DNA of 64,000 nt from Camelus ferus (taxonomy: Eukaryota): positions 6,512,001 through 6,576,000 of the forward strand of contig NC_045698.1 in the NCBI RefSeq assembly GCF_009834535.1, written 5' to 3'. Each line of letters begins with the position of its first letter. The stretch's first letter is position 1. The notes beneath the pieces were generated by a model. The model had not been told where the DNA came from, did no database searches, and saw only the letters and a list, made by a program, of their open reading frames with translations. This document shows positions 51,251 to 64,000 of the stretch, piece after piece. Both the position numbers and the translations under genes were made by a program.

Positions 51251-53134
51251 TCAGAAAAACAAGAAGCCGTATCCTTGGAGCAAGGAACCCAAGAGGGAAC
51301 GGATTGAGCAAAAGGGGGACAGAACATCCATGGTATCGCAAATGCTGGGTAATCTCAGAAAATTCAGTGAAATCATGATAAGCACGAAAAGATCAAAATT
51401 GGGAAAGCAGAGAAAACAGACCATTAAATACGGCTTCTTTTCTAAGAAGTGGTGAGTGGAGAAGAGACTGTAGATCTAAGAGGGACAGGAGGTATGAGAT
51501 CCAAAAAAATGGAGGTGGCCAATGATAAACATCCAGTAAAGAGGGTGGTTATGAAAGGGAGGAGGGGGCCTCACCTTTAAATAGGAGTGTGTGCACCCGA
51601 GGATGCAGCGAGATGTAGGATGAAAGGGGAAAACGTGAAGCGGAGGCTGCGTCAAGTTTCACAGTCGCTGTATTTTGAGCCCCATTGACTCAATGCTCCC
51701 CATGATGGAAACATTCCAGTGGGGCAGAGAAACAAGTGAAGGGGCTGAAAATCACGATGAGGCAAGAGTATGGTTTCTGTTGGAGGGTGAGAGCCTGCAC
51801 ATGAAGGTGGAGGAAGGGATAGAGAGGACAACTGGCAGCCTGGGGCACACTGGTCTAATTGGTCCATGATCTCTGGCTCATTGTAATGGACAGTGGAGGC
51901 ACGGTGCTCTCTCCTCCTGGGTTATTACAAGTATGACTCATTTCACTCTTGGAAAAGGGGTCCCAGGCTGCAAAACTGGAGGCAGCTCCAGAACTCCAGT
52001 CTATAGGTGAGCACGTGAAGCTGACCATCTCTTCTTTTCCCTCTGACCTGAGACATACGACATCACAGTTCATCAGATGACATATCTTAATACAGAATAA
52101 CACTTGTTAGAAGTGTTTTAGACATAATTTTGTTCTGGACAGAGCAAGGAGATTTGGAGTAACCTCACCCATCCACTCAGGGAAGGCTACAAATAGATGA
52201 TCACCACCCCACATCAAAACAAATTGGTGATGAAAAAAAAATATATATATATAAAGGATAATGAAAGTAACAATGAACTCTTAGTAAGGGCTCGCTAGCT
52301 CTGTGGCAGGCATTACAGTTAGCCCTTACACCCTGCCTGGCACCCAACAGGCACCCAGAGCAGCATCTCCAACACCAGCTCCCACTGAACAGAATTCCAT
52401 CACAAAGATGGATGGGAGCATGGCCATCTCAACCTCTGAGACTGAGCTCAGGTCACCTGTGGGTGAAAAGCAAATTCTTCTCTCACAGAGAGCTTTTCAA
52501 TGTGTCAGACCCAAGACAACACAGAACCCCCTTGTGTGAACTAAGAAACAAATTATGGAAACACCTGCCCATTGTAACTGCCCTACATTCACAACAGCCA
52601 TGCATTCCCATCTCAGTCCTAACATCTCTGCCTCCCAAAGGAGAGGTGGAGAAAAATAACACAGGAGCCTAAAATGTTCCTTCCCCAGGACTTTCAAAGT
52701 GATGATTAGAGAAAGAAATGCCGTGTCAAGGGAAAGAGCAGCTAAAATGGGACACAAAGTTTGATGAGGATGAGATGAAATTACACGTTTGCCACGTTAA
52801 GCTCAGGGAAGCACATTTAATGAAAACAGGTGATTTTTAGAGGTTTATAATTTTCAGAATATAACATGTTACCTTTTTTCTTAAAATAAAGGTACTACAA
52901 ACAGATCCTCATTAGGGGCCAGGGACGGGCATTCACTTAGAGCAGGGTTTCCGGAGCAACCTACACAATGCAAAGCTAACTCCTTGAATAGTCTTTTACT
53001 CCAAAAGAGGCTCAGATCTAAATAGCAGGTCCTTCCGTCCTGGGGTCTGCAGTTCCATCCTCCACTGAAGAACGAAGCTCTAGCCTCTTGGTGCAATGCA
53101 GTGCGGGGAGGAGGCATACTTAGATCGGGGGTTT

Positions 53135-53320
53135 CAGTGCTTAATCTTAGCACTATTGACATTTAGAGCCAGGTAATTCTTTATTCTGGGCACCGTTCTG
53201 AGCATTTGGCAGCATCCCCGGTCTTGACACACACTAGGTGACAGTATCACCCTCCCCCTCCATCTGTGCCAACAAATTCCCCCCAGACCTCGTCAGATCA
53301 CCCTGGGTGAGAAGCTCTGA
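53135..53320. mobile_element. hAT-Charlie MITE (MER20-like)
   Basis: 'cactattgacatttagagccaggtaattcttt', 'ttggcagcatccccggtc', 'gtgagaagctctg'. Confidence 0.7.
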
Positions 53321-56300
53321 TTTGTACGTATCAAAATGCCTCTCCCTCTTTAGAAATTAAGTAAGCTAGCATCACTGGAAAGATTATTTTTAAACATGCT
53401 TATATAAATCACCCAACTGAATTCATATTGAATCATTTCAGCAAAATTGCAATAAAAATGAAAATCACGTTAATTATAACTATTTGCTACATCAGGGAAA
53501 TACATGAGGAAAGAATTTTCAAAGGATCGATTTTAATAAAAGTTGTTCGAATTTCATCCTGCTATCTCTGGAAAATTAAAAATCTATTTGTTAATACAAA
53601 ATGAGTGCTTTTTGGCAACAGGAAGATTTCTTACAGCAGGACAATTTGGGCTAGAAAACAGAGGCTTTTTTGTTACATCTATTTCAAAATCCCTGAAGCC
53701 TTCCATTTAGTTTCCTGATGTGGGAGGAGGATCTCTCCATAAGCTAAATCTAAATAAGCAAAACTGTATATATGTGTTTGTATAATAATAACATTTCCCA
53801 TTCACACCCACACTGCAAATGAATAGGCTTTGGGGAACAGAAAATAACTGTTCCTTTCAGTTTAAAAAAAAAAACTGCTGTCAGATAAAAAAGAAATCAA
53901 AAGAATGAAAGCTTCCACAAGAAGTTTCACTTTGGGAACAAAGTCTAACCAGTTATTAATAAAAAACAGATCCAGAATAGCTTCACGTACTTCTTTTTTA
54001 GGGGAGGCTGAGATTCTTCTGAGCCTTAGCCCTACTGTAAAGCTGGAAATGACCAGATCCATTGGCTCAGTTCAGAGAGCCCGCAGAAACCCGGCCGGCC
54101 CGGATCCTATCTGCTGATTTTAAGGACTTCCATCTCAGAGAGGATGGAGAAGTCAGGTGAGAGGACCAACCAGACAGCAGCCGGGAGAGGACCAGGCAGC
54201 AAAGCCCCAGCCCCGCTGCCGCACAGCAGCTGTGAGGAGGCTGTTCCACGTGCGCCTCTTGCTTGTGTAACATCACAGCCTGTTGTTAAGATCAGAACCA
54301 CGATGGCAGGACTTAGAGGAGTGGATGGACAGCTCTTCTGCAAGGTCTGTGTTTGCACTCATCCTTCCATCCCTTGGCCCTGTTCCATGGGATCAGATGA
54401 ACCACTCACCCGGAGACTAGAGCCCCAACTGAAAGCCGCAGAACCACCGAGGAACTCATCCCACCATCCCGACAAACCACCCTGTCTCACCCCCCCACAC
54501 CCCGGCCCAGTCAGGCCAGGTGACACGGTGTTTGCGGCACAGTCACCAGCTGCTGCCAGGTAAACAGCCCTGCCCTGCTCACAAGCCCTCAGGATTTTCC
54601 CACTGCTTACCACTGACAGCCCGTCTTCTCCCAATTCCACCCCCACTGGTCCTGCTGCAGAGGCCTCCCTTCAGCCCCTCCAGCCTGGCCCCGGGCCTCA
54701 CTGTCAGCCTTGCACGTCTGCTGATGCCTCGGGCCCCACACCCACCCAAGGTCAAGGCTGGCCTCCACCTTCTGCAGACACCCTGGCCGCCTACTCCCGC
54801 CCACACTGACCGTTCCTTCCAGGGAAACTCCGAGGTACCAATTACAGTGGCGGCTTCTTCATCAAAGGTTACACAGAAAGTCATATAACCTTTGGTGTTT
54901 CTAAGTTTTGACTTCTCCTTTTTATCATAAACAAGCCATGGCTAGAACACGCAGTGACAGTCCCCCGGGTACGCACTGCAACATGCTGAATCGGCTGTCT
55001 GAATGAATCAGAAACCACATAGCCGGCGTTCTGCTTAGCATGGAGACCTCACCCACCCTGCAACCCTGAGCAAGCACCACCCTCAGGTGGTTTATTCAGC
55101 CCCTTGGCACACAGGAGGCAGAAAGTGAGTCAGCCTCACACTGAATTTGAGAGGTGAGAGAGGCAGCTGAAATCACCTCATCTCTCCCTTCCCTTTGTAG
55201 CAGAGAAAGTCAAGGCCCAGATAGACCGGAGAGATCTTACAGGTTAACGCAAGATCAAGTACGCAGCGGCAGGGCCACGACAAACGGGAGCAAAACCCCC
55301 CGGATCTTTGCATCACACGCTCAGCCTTCCTGCTCACACTGGTGAAACCACACACTTGTGGGCACAAGTTCAAGTGGCCTGAATGGCACCCAGAAACATA
55401 GTCCTCGCTCCAGAGTGAAGCCTGAAGGATGAACTCATGGCCTGGAAACAGGGGGCATCACTTACTCAGCCAGTCGTACGGAAGGATGTCACCTGGGGGC
55501 GAGGGGCAGCCCTCCAGCACAGGAGTCGGGAGAGAAGAGGACACAGTCTAGCTGGGACTCTGGGTCGCAGGTAAGAGCAGTAAAAATCTATCTTTCAATA
55601 ATTACCAAAGAGAGGTAGGAGCAAAGTCTTAGGGAGCACAGGAAAAGGAGGAATCCCTCTGAAGGGAGGAAGAAGACAGAAGGCATGGCTTCTGAAAGGG
55701 TTCAAGTTCAAATATTCAAAGAAGCAGGAAGAACTGCATGCAGCCCATGGTGTGCTCAGGGTGGGAGGGAACGCATCGAATGACTCTGTGTTTATCCTCA
55801 TCGAAGCATCAGATATTCTAGGTACACTGAGCAGGAAATGGGATTAAATGAAGAATCAATAAAACAATAAACTTAAGTTAATGCACAGTGTTCAAGTAAA
55901 TAGATTCCTCCAACCTTTTCCAAAAACAGCAACTGAACGTTTTATTCTTTGGGAAATAAAGCGAAATTAAACTTTTCTTGTTATTGTGTTGAGTCTCCAA
56001 GGGGAATCAGGATGTTCACCCAACACATCGCATCTTCAGTGTCTACAGACGTTTTCGTAAAAATTGTACCCTTTTTATATTATTTTAACCCATGTACCAT
56101 GACTGTCAACTTTCAGCCAAAAGAGGTTTAACATAAATGAATTAGTGAAACATTTCTAGAAATGTCTTAACAAAAACACTGACCACCCTCAAGTGCAGAA
56201 GCTCTGCTGGGTGCCACCTTCAGGTAACTGAATAAGAAGCTGGCTTTTGTGACTCATAGATTTTCATCATCTCTGAACTGAGATGAGATGGAATTTCATG

Positions 56301-56899
56301 GCTATATAAAATGACCTCATGGTATAAAACGGGAAAAAGCAAACATTAAACTATTTTATACATTTCAATAATGGTTCAGCTCCAGTGACCTTATTTTATA
56401 TTGCTCTTCAAAGGGAATTGTTATTACACTTCTGCCTTTTTCCCCTTGTTTAGCTCCAGATCGCCTGGAGGAACCGTAAAAATAAATGAAGTCCATTAGA
56501 TAAAATTATTATTTACACAAAGGCAATATTAATTTTATCTGTCAGCAGGTTTTAAAACTAAGTGAAAGTTCATTCAATCCACTTCTGTGCTAGCTAAACC
56601 AAGAACCTTTTCTAAGAAAGAAAGGAAAAAAAAAAACCTTAAATAATGGGTCTTCAAGGCAACATAACTGTATCGATAATTTCTAAAGGATTTACCCAGA
56701 GACATTTCCTCAAGGCAGGAATTTCATATGGACACAGCAAAATAACTTAGCTATAAATGACTCTCATGGTTTGGAAATTACTATTCATAATTCCCATTCG
56801 TTTTTAGTTAATATAAGCAAGACGTGAAGTGCCACGTTCTCGCTTGTCAACTAGAAGGTGCGATGTCTATGATGACATGCAAAAGCACGCAACCATGGC

Positions 56900-57960
56900 C
56901 GGAAGAAACGAACGCACTGCCCAGTGTCCCTACTCTGGTCAGCATCCCTGCTCACCTTCTGATCGCCAAGACCAATGAGTTCATGAAATCTGACATCTCC
57001 ATGGCTTTGTGCCAAGGGCCTCTTCTCTTGAATATCTCCTGAAACTCTCTCGTCCCTGGGTTCCCTAACACCCCCATCTCCCTGTGTTCCTACTGCACCC
57101 AGACCTCTCACTCCTCAGTCTTCCTTTAAATGAAGGTGCACCCTAATCTCTCCCGAACGTCATTTCTTCTCAGTCGACACTCTCAGTGGCCTATCTCTTC
57201 AAACTCACGTGACTTTACATACTTCCTAAAAGCAGGAGATACATTCATATGTGACTGAAGAATTGTGCTGTGCACCGGAAACTGACACAACATTGTAAAC
57301 TGACTACACTTCAATAAAAAAATACAAAAAAAAAAGAACATAAAACAAACAAAAAAATTAAAGCAGGTGAATTCCAAATCTGTAACTCTCATCTAGACCT
57401 CTGAACATAATCAAGTCTCATAAGTCAAAATAGACATCTTCACATAAATAAGCCAGAGGTACCTCATCGGTGGGTGACCTCGTTACCTGTCTTTATCAAC
57501 TGTCCCCTCTGTGCCTCTCTCCTCTCACGGCTGGTTCCACCGTTTACTCTCATATCCAGCTCATAATCCGAGGACTCACCCTCCAGTTCCCCCTCCTACA
57601 TCTTCCCAAAGCTCCTGTGTCATTGTCACTGTGTTCTAACAACTGTCCTCTTCCTGTATCTAGAATCGTGCCCTGCCCCCACACCCTGACCAGCCCTCTC
57701 TGTGTCTCACCTCCACAGCTCAGCTGTTTTCTGGCAGGTCTCCCGGCCTCTAGGTCCAATTCTTAAGCTTCGCCTCTGAGTAGCTTTCTCTGATTTTTTT
57801 CCCCACTTCCCCCCCTCCCCCTGCGGCCCCACTGCACCTCAACACTCATTTCTGTCAGAGCCTTCATCACCCTGAACTCCGATTACCTGTGTCTGTGGCT
57901 CATTCCAAAATAAACCTCTAAAAATCTCAACCCCTGGACAATACAGGGCATAGAATATAC
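56900..57960 (+). mobile_element. Degenerate L2
   Basis: 'accaatgagttc...aaatc', 'ccaaatctgtaactctcatctagacctct', 'tagacatcttcac'. Confidence 0.55.
57240..57359 (+). mobile_element. Very short L1 3' tail with A-rich tract, inserted into L2
   Basis: 'gtgactgaagaattgtgctgtgcaccggaaactgacacaacattgtaaactgactacacttcaataaaa'; TSD aaagcagg[a/t]ga at 57229-57239 and 57360-57370. Confidence 0.85.
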
Positions 57961-59892
57961 AAAAAAATTACCTGAGAAAGGAGTTCACAGAGAAAAATAA
58001 GGCAAACCCACATCCACCTCTCCACCCTCTTGGCAATATTGACGCTGCCACTAAAATGCAATTCATGGTGCTGTTCCTTCTATGAATCTGCTGTTCATTG
58101 TCACAGATGTTTTATTCCTCTCTTAAAATTCTCTTAACATCTGGTCCAAATATGAGGATTCCCATGGTTTTGAGAAATGCCCTTTCTCAATGTCATAATT
58201 TTCCAGTTAATGGTCAAAGGGATGAAGGGCTTACTATAGGCAGATCAGCTTAAAAAAAGGAAGTCTCCTGGGTCTGGAAACATGAAAGCTCACAAAGATA
58301 TAACTAAAGTGCGTGAACCCTGAGGGGTCTGGATGACTTATTCTGGCACGTCATAATTTGCTGGAACCATTTGAAAAATCAAAGGACAAAAAAAAAAAAA
58401 AAAGGATGATATTACAATTCACAGAAGAAGTAAATTCATCAAATTCATTATTCTAGGGTGAAAATGTGAATACCTAGAAATAGTGTGTCAGATAAATTTA
58501 CAGACCATAGACTATTAATATATTTGGGAAAACCAAACTGTTTAGCGAAAAGGCCCCTGATGATGTTTTTAGATTTCAGTGGGGAATGACCCTTGTGTGT
58601 GATAACTGATGACACCTATTAGGTCCAATGGACCAACATGTCAAAGTCAATACATTTGAGTTCAAATCTGTTGCACTCTGTGGTCTAAGGGAAAAAAAAA
58701 AAAGACCTCAAGAGCAGTAATTACTATTTTGGGGTCAGTTCATTAAACAAGAATAAGAAATCCTTCCTAAAATTAAAAAAAAAAAATTACCAAGTTAATA
58801 ACATTGTGTTGCATATTTGTAAGTTGCTAAGAGAGTAAATCTTAAAAGTTCTAATCACAAGAAAAAACTCTGACATATCATGGCAAAATCAAAGATTCCA
58901 CTGAATCAGAAAATAATAAATTATAGGAAATGGCAAAGAAGGTTATGTGATTCTGTAAAGCATGAAAGCATCTCTTATTTTCCTGAAATAAGCCTATAAA
59001 ACAAGTATTAGCCTTCTTTCCTATTCTACAGATGTGGAGACAAGACCCAAGGAGGTCCCCCAGATAAATGGAAGAGCTAATAATTTTAACAGGCACATCC
59101 CTAGCCCCAAATCCATGGTCATCTTGCTGTACTGAAGATACTGTCCTTGTATATATATACATGTCATTTCTGTAATAACCAGTTATTGACAATGGATCGA
59201 AAGCCCTGCAAGACACAAGGATCATTTGGCTGAAAAAAATAAGATGCTCTATTGCTACCAATTGACTTGGGGGCTGGAGCTGAATATGTGTTTCCTTGGG
59301 GATAGAAATTTCACCAAGTAACCGGCTGCAGCATCATTCACCTGTCCTAGAGCCAGAGACCTCACTGACCATAATTTAATCCAGCCAATGATGGATGTGC
59401 ACCAGCCCCTGCACAACTATGGGATGGCCTTAATGTCTTCTGTCGCCCTCTGTCCACCATCTACATGTCCTCCTGGGGGCCCAAGATGTCGGAGAGCAGC
59501 CATCAGCTGGTGAATATAAATTTCTATCTCAGCCACAGCCTGTCCCTGAAACTGTAACTTCCAACCTCCTTTCACTTCTTCTTGAGTGCAAGGACTTGCC
59601 TCCAACCACACGTGGACCTAACAAACCACTACCTGCCTCTCTTCCCCTTTTATGCTTCCTGTCTCCCTATCACAGCAAGAGTCCTTTTGATGTCTCGGAT
59701 TTCCCTGCATGACACTAAACCATCAGTCAAGCCTGTCCCGTCTCTCACCTCTACTGCTGCAGTCCCACGGTCAGCCACATCCTCTCTCCCCTGGACTCAG
59801 CAGAAGACTCTTGAGGTGATCATGGGGCTTTCACTCTTGCCCCAACCCCCAAAGTCTATCATCTACTTTGCAACCAGAGTCATCTTTGTAAA

Positions 59893-60290
59893 AAGACTAA
59901 AAAAGTCAAACTCACAGAAGCAGGGAATAGAACAGGCTTCCAGGGGCTGGGGAATGGGAGAAACTGGGAGATGTTGATCAAGGAGTAGACAGTTTCAGTT
60001 ACACAGAAGGAGTACGTTCTGGAGATCCAAGGGACAGCATGGTGACTGTCATTAATGATACCATGTTGTATGCTTGAAATCTGCTAGGAGAGTAGATCTT
60101 AAATGTTCTCATCACACACACACAAAGGTAAGTAGGTGACATGATGGATGTGTTCATCACTTCGACTGTGAGAATCATTTCATAGTGTGCACATACATAC
60201 ATATATACACCATGTTGTACACTAAATACATACAATTTTTATTTGTCAATTGTACCTTCATAAGGCTGTAAGAAAGAATCAACTATAATA
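59893..60290 (+). mobile_element. L1MA/L1MB-type 3' end inserted in L2 (~59480-60770)
   Basis: 'aaagtcaaactcacagaagcag', 'cagcatggtgact', 'gagagtagatcttaaatgttctcatcacac', 'atttttatttgtcaattgtacct'. Confidence 0.85.
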
Positions 60291-61424
60291 AAATATTTGT
60301 GTATTTTAAAAGGGCGCCCCCCTCCCCCACTTTGGCACTTTCCCCTGCACTGTGCTGGGGCCACACATGCACGCAAATACACACCCACACACACACATCG
60401 CTCTGGTATTTTTGCCCACCGAGCTGATCCCCACTCAGATGGCACTTGCCGGTCCTTAGGTCCAGAAGTCCTTTCTCCAGGTCCTGCCAAGGTGCCTGTT
60501 TCTCATTACTACTCAGGTTTCCTGCAACATCACCTCCTCAGGAACCAACCCCCAAACCAGGCCAGCTGAAGCGCAATCTTACTCTCTACCAGTTTCTACT
60601 ATTTTCATTCACTCACGTCACTTAAGACGACTTGAAATCATTCAGCTGCTGTTTCTGTTTATGGTCTGTTTAATCCACTGGGATATTCGAACGGGGGAGT
60701 CAGCCTTCGTCTTGCTCACTGGTCGTTCCCAGGGCCCAGATGAGAGCATGACATTAAATATTATTGGCTGATGGACTAGGTCCTAGAGGGGACAGAAACC
60801 AAGACATCCTTTACCTAAGTGATGGAAAAATCGTAAAGACTGGATACTTTCTGCCCGAGCAGCTGAACAGTGATTACAGAACGTTTCAGGAGCACTTCTG
60901 TGGAACCCTACAAGCGCCCCCACAAGGCATCAGGCTATTAGGTGAGACTTCAGGAGAACAAGTCAAGAAGACCATGAATCAGCGGCCGCAAAAGCACTGA
61001 ATGATTAGCACATAATGCAAAGCTATGAAATGCAGACGTGCTGTGAACATATGGTGTTTTATTCTCCCGTTCATTAGCCTGAAACGTAGAAAGGTCACTG
61101 AGGACATTACAGCAAAGGTCTCCATGGTTTAAAGTAATCCCCAAGTGTTTTGCAATTTTGCATTTTAAAATATTAAAAGCTATGTGATGGGGGTTATGTT
61201 AATGAAAATACAAAAGGAGCAACTTCTAAATATAAGTCCAGAAAAAGCAATGACAGATTGCACCAATTTGGCAAGTCGTCCCTTAACAGGGAAGGGGGTT
61301 CAGCACAGCTGCGGATGCTTGCTCGCCTGCTGTCGGCATGCGAAGGGTACAGAACTATCTATGGTATTCCTCAGCCCATGATGTCTCTGTGACCCACCCT
61401 GCCCACCTCCACCCATGTAGGAGA

Positions 61425-61625
61425 GGCAGCCTCGTAGAGGCAACGAGAACACAGACTCTGGATCCAGACTGCCGGGGTTTCAATCAGCGCCAACATTAAC
61501 ATTATGCCTTGGGTTCCATTATCTGTGATATGAGATAAAACGCGTGCCTTAAAATTATATGAGTTGATTCCAAAGAACGTAGAATACTCCCTAGCAATGA
61601 GGAATCACGAAAAAAAGTTTTAATA
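61425..61625 (+). mobile_element. MIR SINE
   Basis: 'gagaacacagactctggatccagactgccggggtt', 'ttccattatctgtgatatgagataa'. Confidence 0.6.
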
Positions 61626-63168
61626 AACAAATAAGGACTATTTAAAACTGCTTCTTAAATCTTGCAGGAACAAAAAAAAAATCTCTAACAACCACATTAG
61701 TGTCTTCCTACAAAGAGATGATGAAATCAGTTCACTGCTTACGAAGAGCTGTGACAGTGGGCGGCTCAGCCTTAGGAAATTCCACATCTTCCCAGGAAAT
61801 GTGTAAAAGAACACTCACAGCAGCATTTTTCATCATAGCAAAAAACCAGAAATAATGTAACTGCCCACTGAACGAATGCAAAATTATGTGGTATATCATA
61901 TCACAGGGAAAATGTGTGGACACCAGCTACATACAGTATAAACAAATATTAGAAAAATAATGTTGAGAGAAAAAAGTCAAGAAGAATGTAAAATATAGTA
62001 AATCAATATTTCTGCCAAATGCAGAAAGAAGCAAAATTAAACGGTATTTTGAATTTGTTAAAACTATATTGAGAGAGAAAGGAAATGTAAACAGAGACTT
62101 CACAGTAGTGCTAACGTGAAAATGAATGAGTGCAGAACGGACAAAGGAAGTGATGCGCCACTTCATCACCTCCCCAGGATCAGATCAGTTAAATGGAACT
62201 AGACTCACTAATAACCCTCCTCAGACCCCACGCTGTCCCACTCTACCCTTCTGCCCTGAAAACTTTCTTCTATGTCCACATTGAACCTCATGCCTCCTAC
62301 GAGGTCCAGATCAAGCACCAGCTCCCCCCTTCCCATAACCGTTTCTCCAGCGAGAAGCAAGGACCCCTACACCAAACCTCCTTAGGTACAGTCATCTCCA
62401 CCGCCCTCAGCTCGCACTGTGTCACAGCCTGGCTTCTTCTGCCTTGCGACCTGGCTTCCCTGCTGCACAGCAGGACCACACAGGAGAGCCTGTGCCCTGC
62501 TCATGACTATAGCCCCTCAAGGCCCACCATATTTTTTGCACATGGAAAATACTTAATGTTTGTTGAATGAAAGGATCAAGCAACATTTGCAAAGAGTGGC
62601 ATGAAGGGTCGAGCTGAGGCAGGAGGATGCCGGGGAACAGGTGGGTTTTGGAAGCACAGGAAACATGTGAATGAACTGCAAATGAGGAGATCACAATTTT
62701 GGCAGAGAAATAGTAAAAGTTTCAGGGTAGAATTTACTGAGAATAGGGGTAGTAAACACATTTATCTGTTTGAAATGAAAAGATCAAAGCTATAAGTAAT
62801 GAAATCAAATAAATTATGGCATATCCATACTATTAAATATTATACAGCTTGTAAAACCAAATGCAGTAAAACTCTACACACGGGCATAAAAATCCAATAC
62901 TGCTGCTGAGTGAAAAAAAATAATATGTAGACACTTATTTACCTACAGAGAGAGAAAGAAGAGGGAAAGAAAGAGCAAGGTCCAACTATTGACTGAAATA
63001 AAGCAAATGATTTTTATCTTTAAATGTTTGTAGGTGAAAGAAAATTCTGATTACTCCTAAGCACGGTGGCTATTTTATATTCTTCTGTACTGTTTGAATT
63101 TTCAACAAGGATTTATTAATTTTGTAACTCAAAGTGAGTAAAATATTTAGGTTTAAAAGGAGTGAATG

Positions 63169-63270
63169 TGAGGAGGGTGCAGCTCAAGTGACAGAGCACA
63201 TGCTTTAGCATGTAGAAGGTCCTGGGTTCAATCCCCTAATTACCTCTCCTCCCCGTCAAAAAATAAAATA
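63169..63270 (+). mobile_element. Vic-1-like tRNA-derived SINE with internal deletion
   Basis: 'ggagggtgcagctcaagtgacagagcacatgctttagcatgtagaaggtcctgggttcaatcccc|taattacc...aaaaaataaaata'; TSD core agtgaatg at 63161-63168 and 63271-63278, preceded by TT|AAAA. Confidence 0.85.
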
Positions 63271-64000
63271 AGTGAATGGGGTGAGGTTAGTTTTATGGAT
63301 TAACTAATGAGACTGGAGCCAGAATGTCCATGTTTAGATTCAGCTCAGGTTGACTCACTAGGCAGTAAGGCCAGAAAATGATGAAAGAACAGAAGCTTAA
63401 GGGCAGGACAGAAAGCAGGACAAGTTTAAAGCGGGGGTGGTTAGAAGGTAGAAATGCTAGCAGAGCAGAGGCCAACTTCCCATACAGAACAGGGACTTCC
63501 TACCATTCTCATTTAAAGTCGGGTGATGAACAGTCACGATGAAAATATATGACACGCAAGTGTAAACTAGGAGTTTACCTGAGAAGAAAAGAAACTTTCA
63601 TTCTTACTAAGGAAATGATATTGATTTTATCAGCCTCGACAGGCTGTATTATGCGAAGTCCTCTGCTTATACTGAGAAGACATGAGCAGGTGCACAGGCT
63701 CTGACGGTCACTTTCCATCCTGACATGGAGATCCTATGTTTTGTCCTCAAAGTTGCCACTGTAGCTGGGTAAGTAGCACACGCCTGTGAAATCACTACAG
63801 GGCAGTTAGCACACATTTGGTTCATAAGCAGTAGACTGTGTTTCCGGTTGAGTGTCTAATGGTACTTTCTGTAACATCCTGTGTAAGAGGCACTATGTTA
63901 CAGTTACTCTTGCTGTTCTGGAAAGTTCCCGTAGCTCGCTCTGATTACAACCACAGCACCACAAGCAGCAGCTCATTAGCCACGGAGATAAGAGAGGAGG

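Noticed and set aside
54067..54888. Cluster of overlapping ORFs on both strands
   Set aside because: GC-rich sequence depleted of stops; no recognisable domain or coherent exon structure
1..64000. CRISPR arrays, operons, intact transposase/retroviral ORFs or other novel multi-gene systems
   Set aside because: None seen; the window is mammalian intron with two host exons and degenerate repeats

Overview
Mammalian, almost entirely intronic DNA. Three tRNA-derived SINE copies look like the camelid Vic-1 type, so the source is probably camel, alpaca or llama. The window lies inside SEMA5A (semaphorin 5A) on the minus strand. It contains the first coding exon (48741-48937; ATG at 48861; signal peptide MKGPCVIAWLFSSLGWWRLAQP...) and the next 100-nt exon (4654-4753; EIGPWLREFRAKNAVDFSQLTFDPGQKELVVGAR, start of the Sema domain). 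A 43,987-nt intron separates them. The rest is intron carrying fossil transposons (L1, L2, MIR, MaLR/ERVL LTRs, hAT MITEs, SINEs) and simple repeats. I find no support for a new multi-gene system. The best second-look items are: an in-frame uORF in the SEMA5A 5'UTR; a tail-less SINE inverted relative to its L1-endonuclease target site; a twin-primed L1; three AG|GT recursive-splice-like sites; an AP-1 motif cluster; and a ~360-nt palindromic MITE. Repeat family names are recognised by eye from remembered consensus sequences, and old-repeat boundaries are approximate.
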